Positions 63,132 to 64,000 of a DNA stretch of 64,000 bases are shown here, piece after piece (the stretch's first letter is position 1; each line of letters begins with the position of its first letter). The DNA lies in the NCBI GenBank assembly GCA_963675665.1, contig OY776510.1:32001-96000 (forward strand), read 5' to 3'. The notes beneath the pieces were generated by a model. The model ran no database searches. It saw only the letters and a program-made list of their open reading frames with translations, and was not told the origin of the DNA. This DNA comes from Spirochaetia bacterium (GTDB lineage: Bacteria; Spirochaetota; Spirochaetia; UBA9216). The position numbers and the translations under genes are program-made.

Positions 63132-64000
63132 TCAGGCAGCAAGGATTTTGAATGTATCTTTGTATTTTTTATACATAGTGTCAATTCGTATAGGTTTCAA
63201 AATCATTATACTTGAATCATATTTGACCTGTGCCTGCCGCATAATTTGAAGAGGTGTTCCATTCTTGTATGAATTGTTTCGTTCGCAATTATACCAGCGC
63301 TGATATTTAGCCGCCTTTCGGAAGAATTGGAAGCGTGTTGGAAACTCTTCAAATGCATAAAACTCGTCCTCAATCAACCTGTGAGAAGTTTCAACATCAC
63401 TCTGCCACGTTTTAGCCCCAGGAGGTATGGTTCTATGCTCAGACTTCCAAATCTGTTCAATTGCCTTTGTAAATACACACTTATTAAGACTGTTCCAGGT
63501 TGAGGCAAATTCTGTACCGTTATCGGTCTGTATTGTTACTGTTTTCAAATCAACCCCATGTTCCTGAAGATGCTCTCCAAGCCTCAACAGAAACATCGTA
63601 GTGGCTGTTGATGTTTTTTGTTCAGCATACGCATAGAATAAGGCCCCTGTACGAACACATCGGGCTGTAATCTGGTATTTTGGAAGTCTGAAAACCCTAT
63701 ATGCGGTATAGAACTCAGGAATATCATCAAGATACTTGATATCGACCTGAATCTTCTCAAACGGTTTCAGCATCTTTTTTAGTTCTCTGAGGTCGCGTTT
63801 CCGTTGATATTTCCGCTGTTTCTGGGGGAGGAAGCCTGATTCATGCATTATTTTCAATATGGTTTTTGTTGAATAAGGGATATTGTATTTGCGTTTGATA
63901 AGAACTGTGTTTATTCGCTTTCTTCGTTTCTTTGCTGTTTCACAAATATCAAGTATCTTGAATCGCCAGAATGGCATGATTTCATTTGGCGAATGGTGAG
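63132..64000 (-). mobile_element. IS481-like (integrase-core DDE) transposase, 5' end beyond the window
   Basis: IQVDIKYL, IQTDNGTEF, QSDVETSHRLIEDEFY, WYN..R; frame open to the window edge; element end not resolved. Confidence 0.8.

Overview
Chromosomal window from a spirochaete, judged from the 16S 5' signature GGCGCGTTTTAAGCATGCAAGTC, 'AGGQQE'-type binding-protein leaders, CheX and a tRNA-Ala-only rRNA spacer. (1) 1-16.4 kb: mixed accessory genes, including two MarR modules, a C45 Ntn-hydrolase, MFS, lipase, tandem CheX, a lipoprotein/matrixin operon, PAS-GGDEF-EAL and an intact IS4. (2) 16.5-43.5 kb: a large sugar/sugar-acid catabolic island with araFGH-like and ytfQRT-yjfF-like ABC importers, SDR, lactonase, dgoD, kdgK, eda and four regulators. 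(3) 45.6-52.4 kb: tRNA(CAT) followed by a decayed island (integrase stub, SLATT/DUF4231 stub, TIR, frameshifted PfkB-like gene) and two IS66 elements. (4) 52.7-58.8 kb: a complete rRNA operon on the minus strand. (5) 58.9-64 kb: a PLD lipoprotein operon, a DUF4424-like protein and a partial IS481-like transposase. The best candidate for an undescribed system is a soluble histidine kinase whose input is a degenerate sugar-ABC ATPase domain (37115-38923). It is paired with a sigma54 enhancer-binding response regulator, and two palindromic enhancer-like sites and a -24/-12 promoter are readable upstream of the divergent araFGH operon, suggesting a transporter-coupled sensing circuit. All family calls come from motif recognition by eye; no searches were run.
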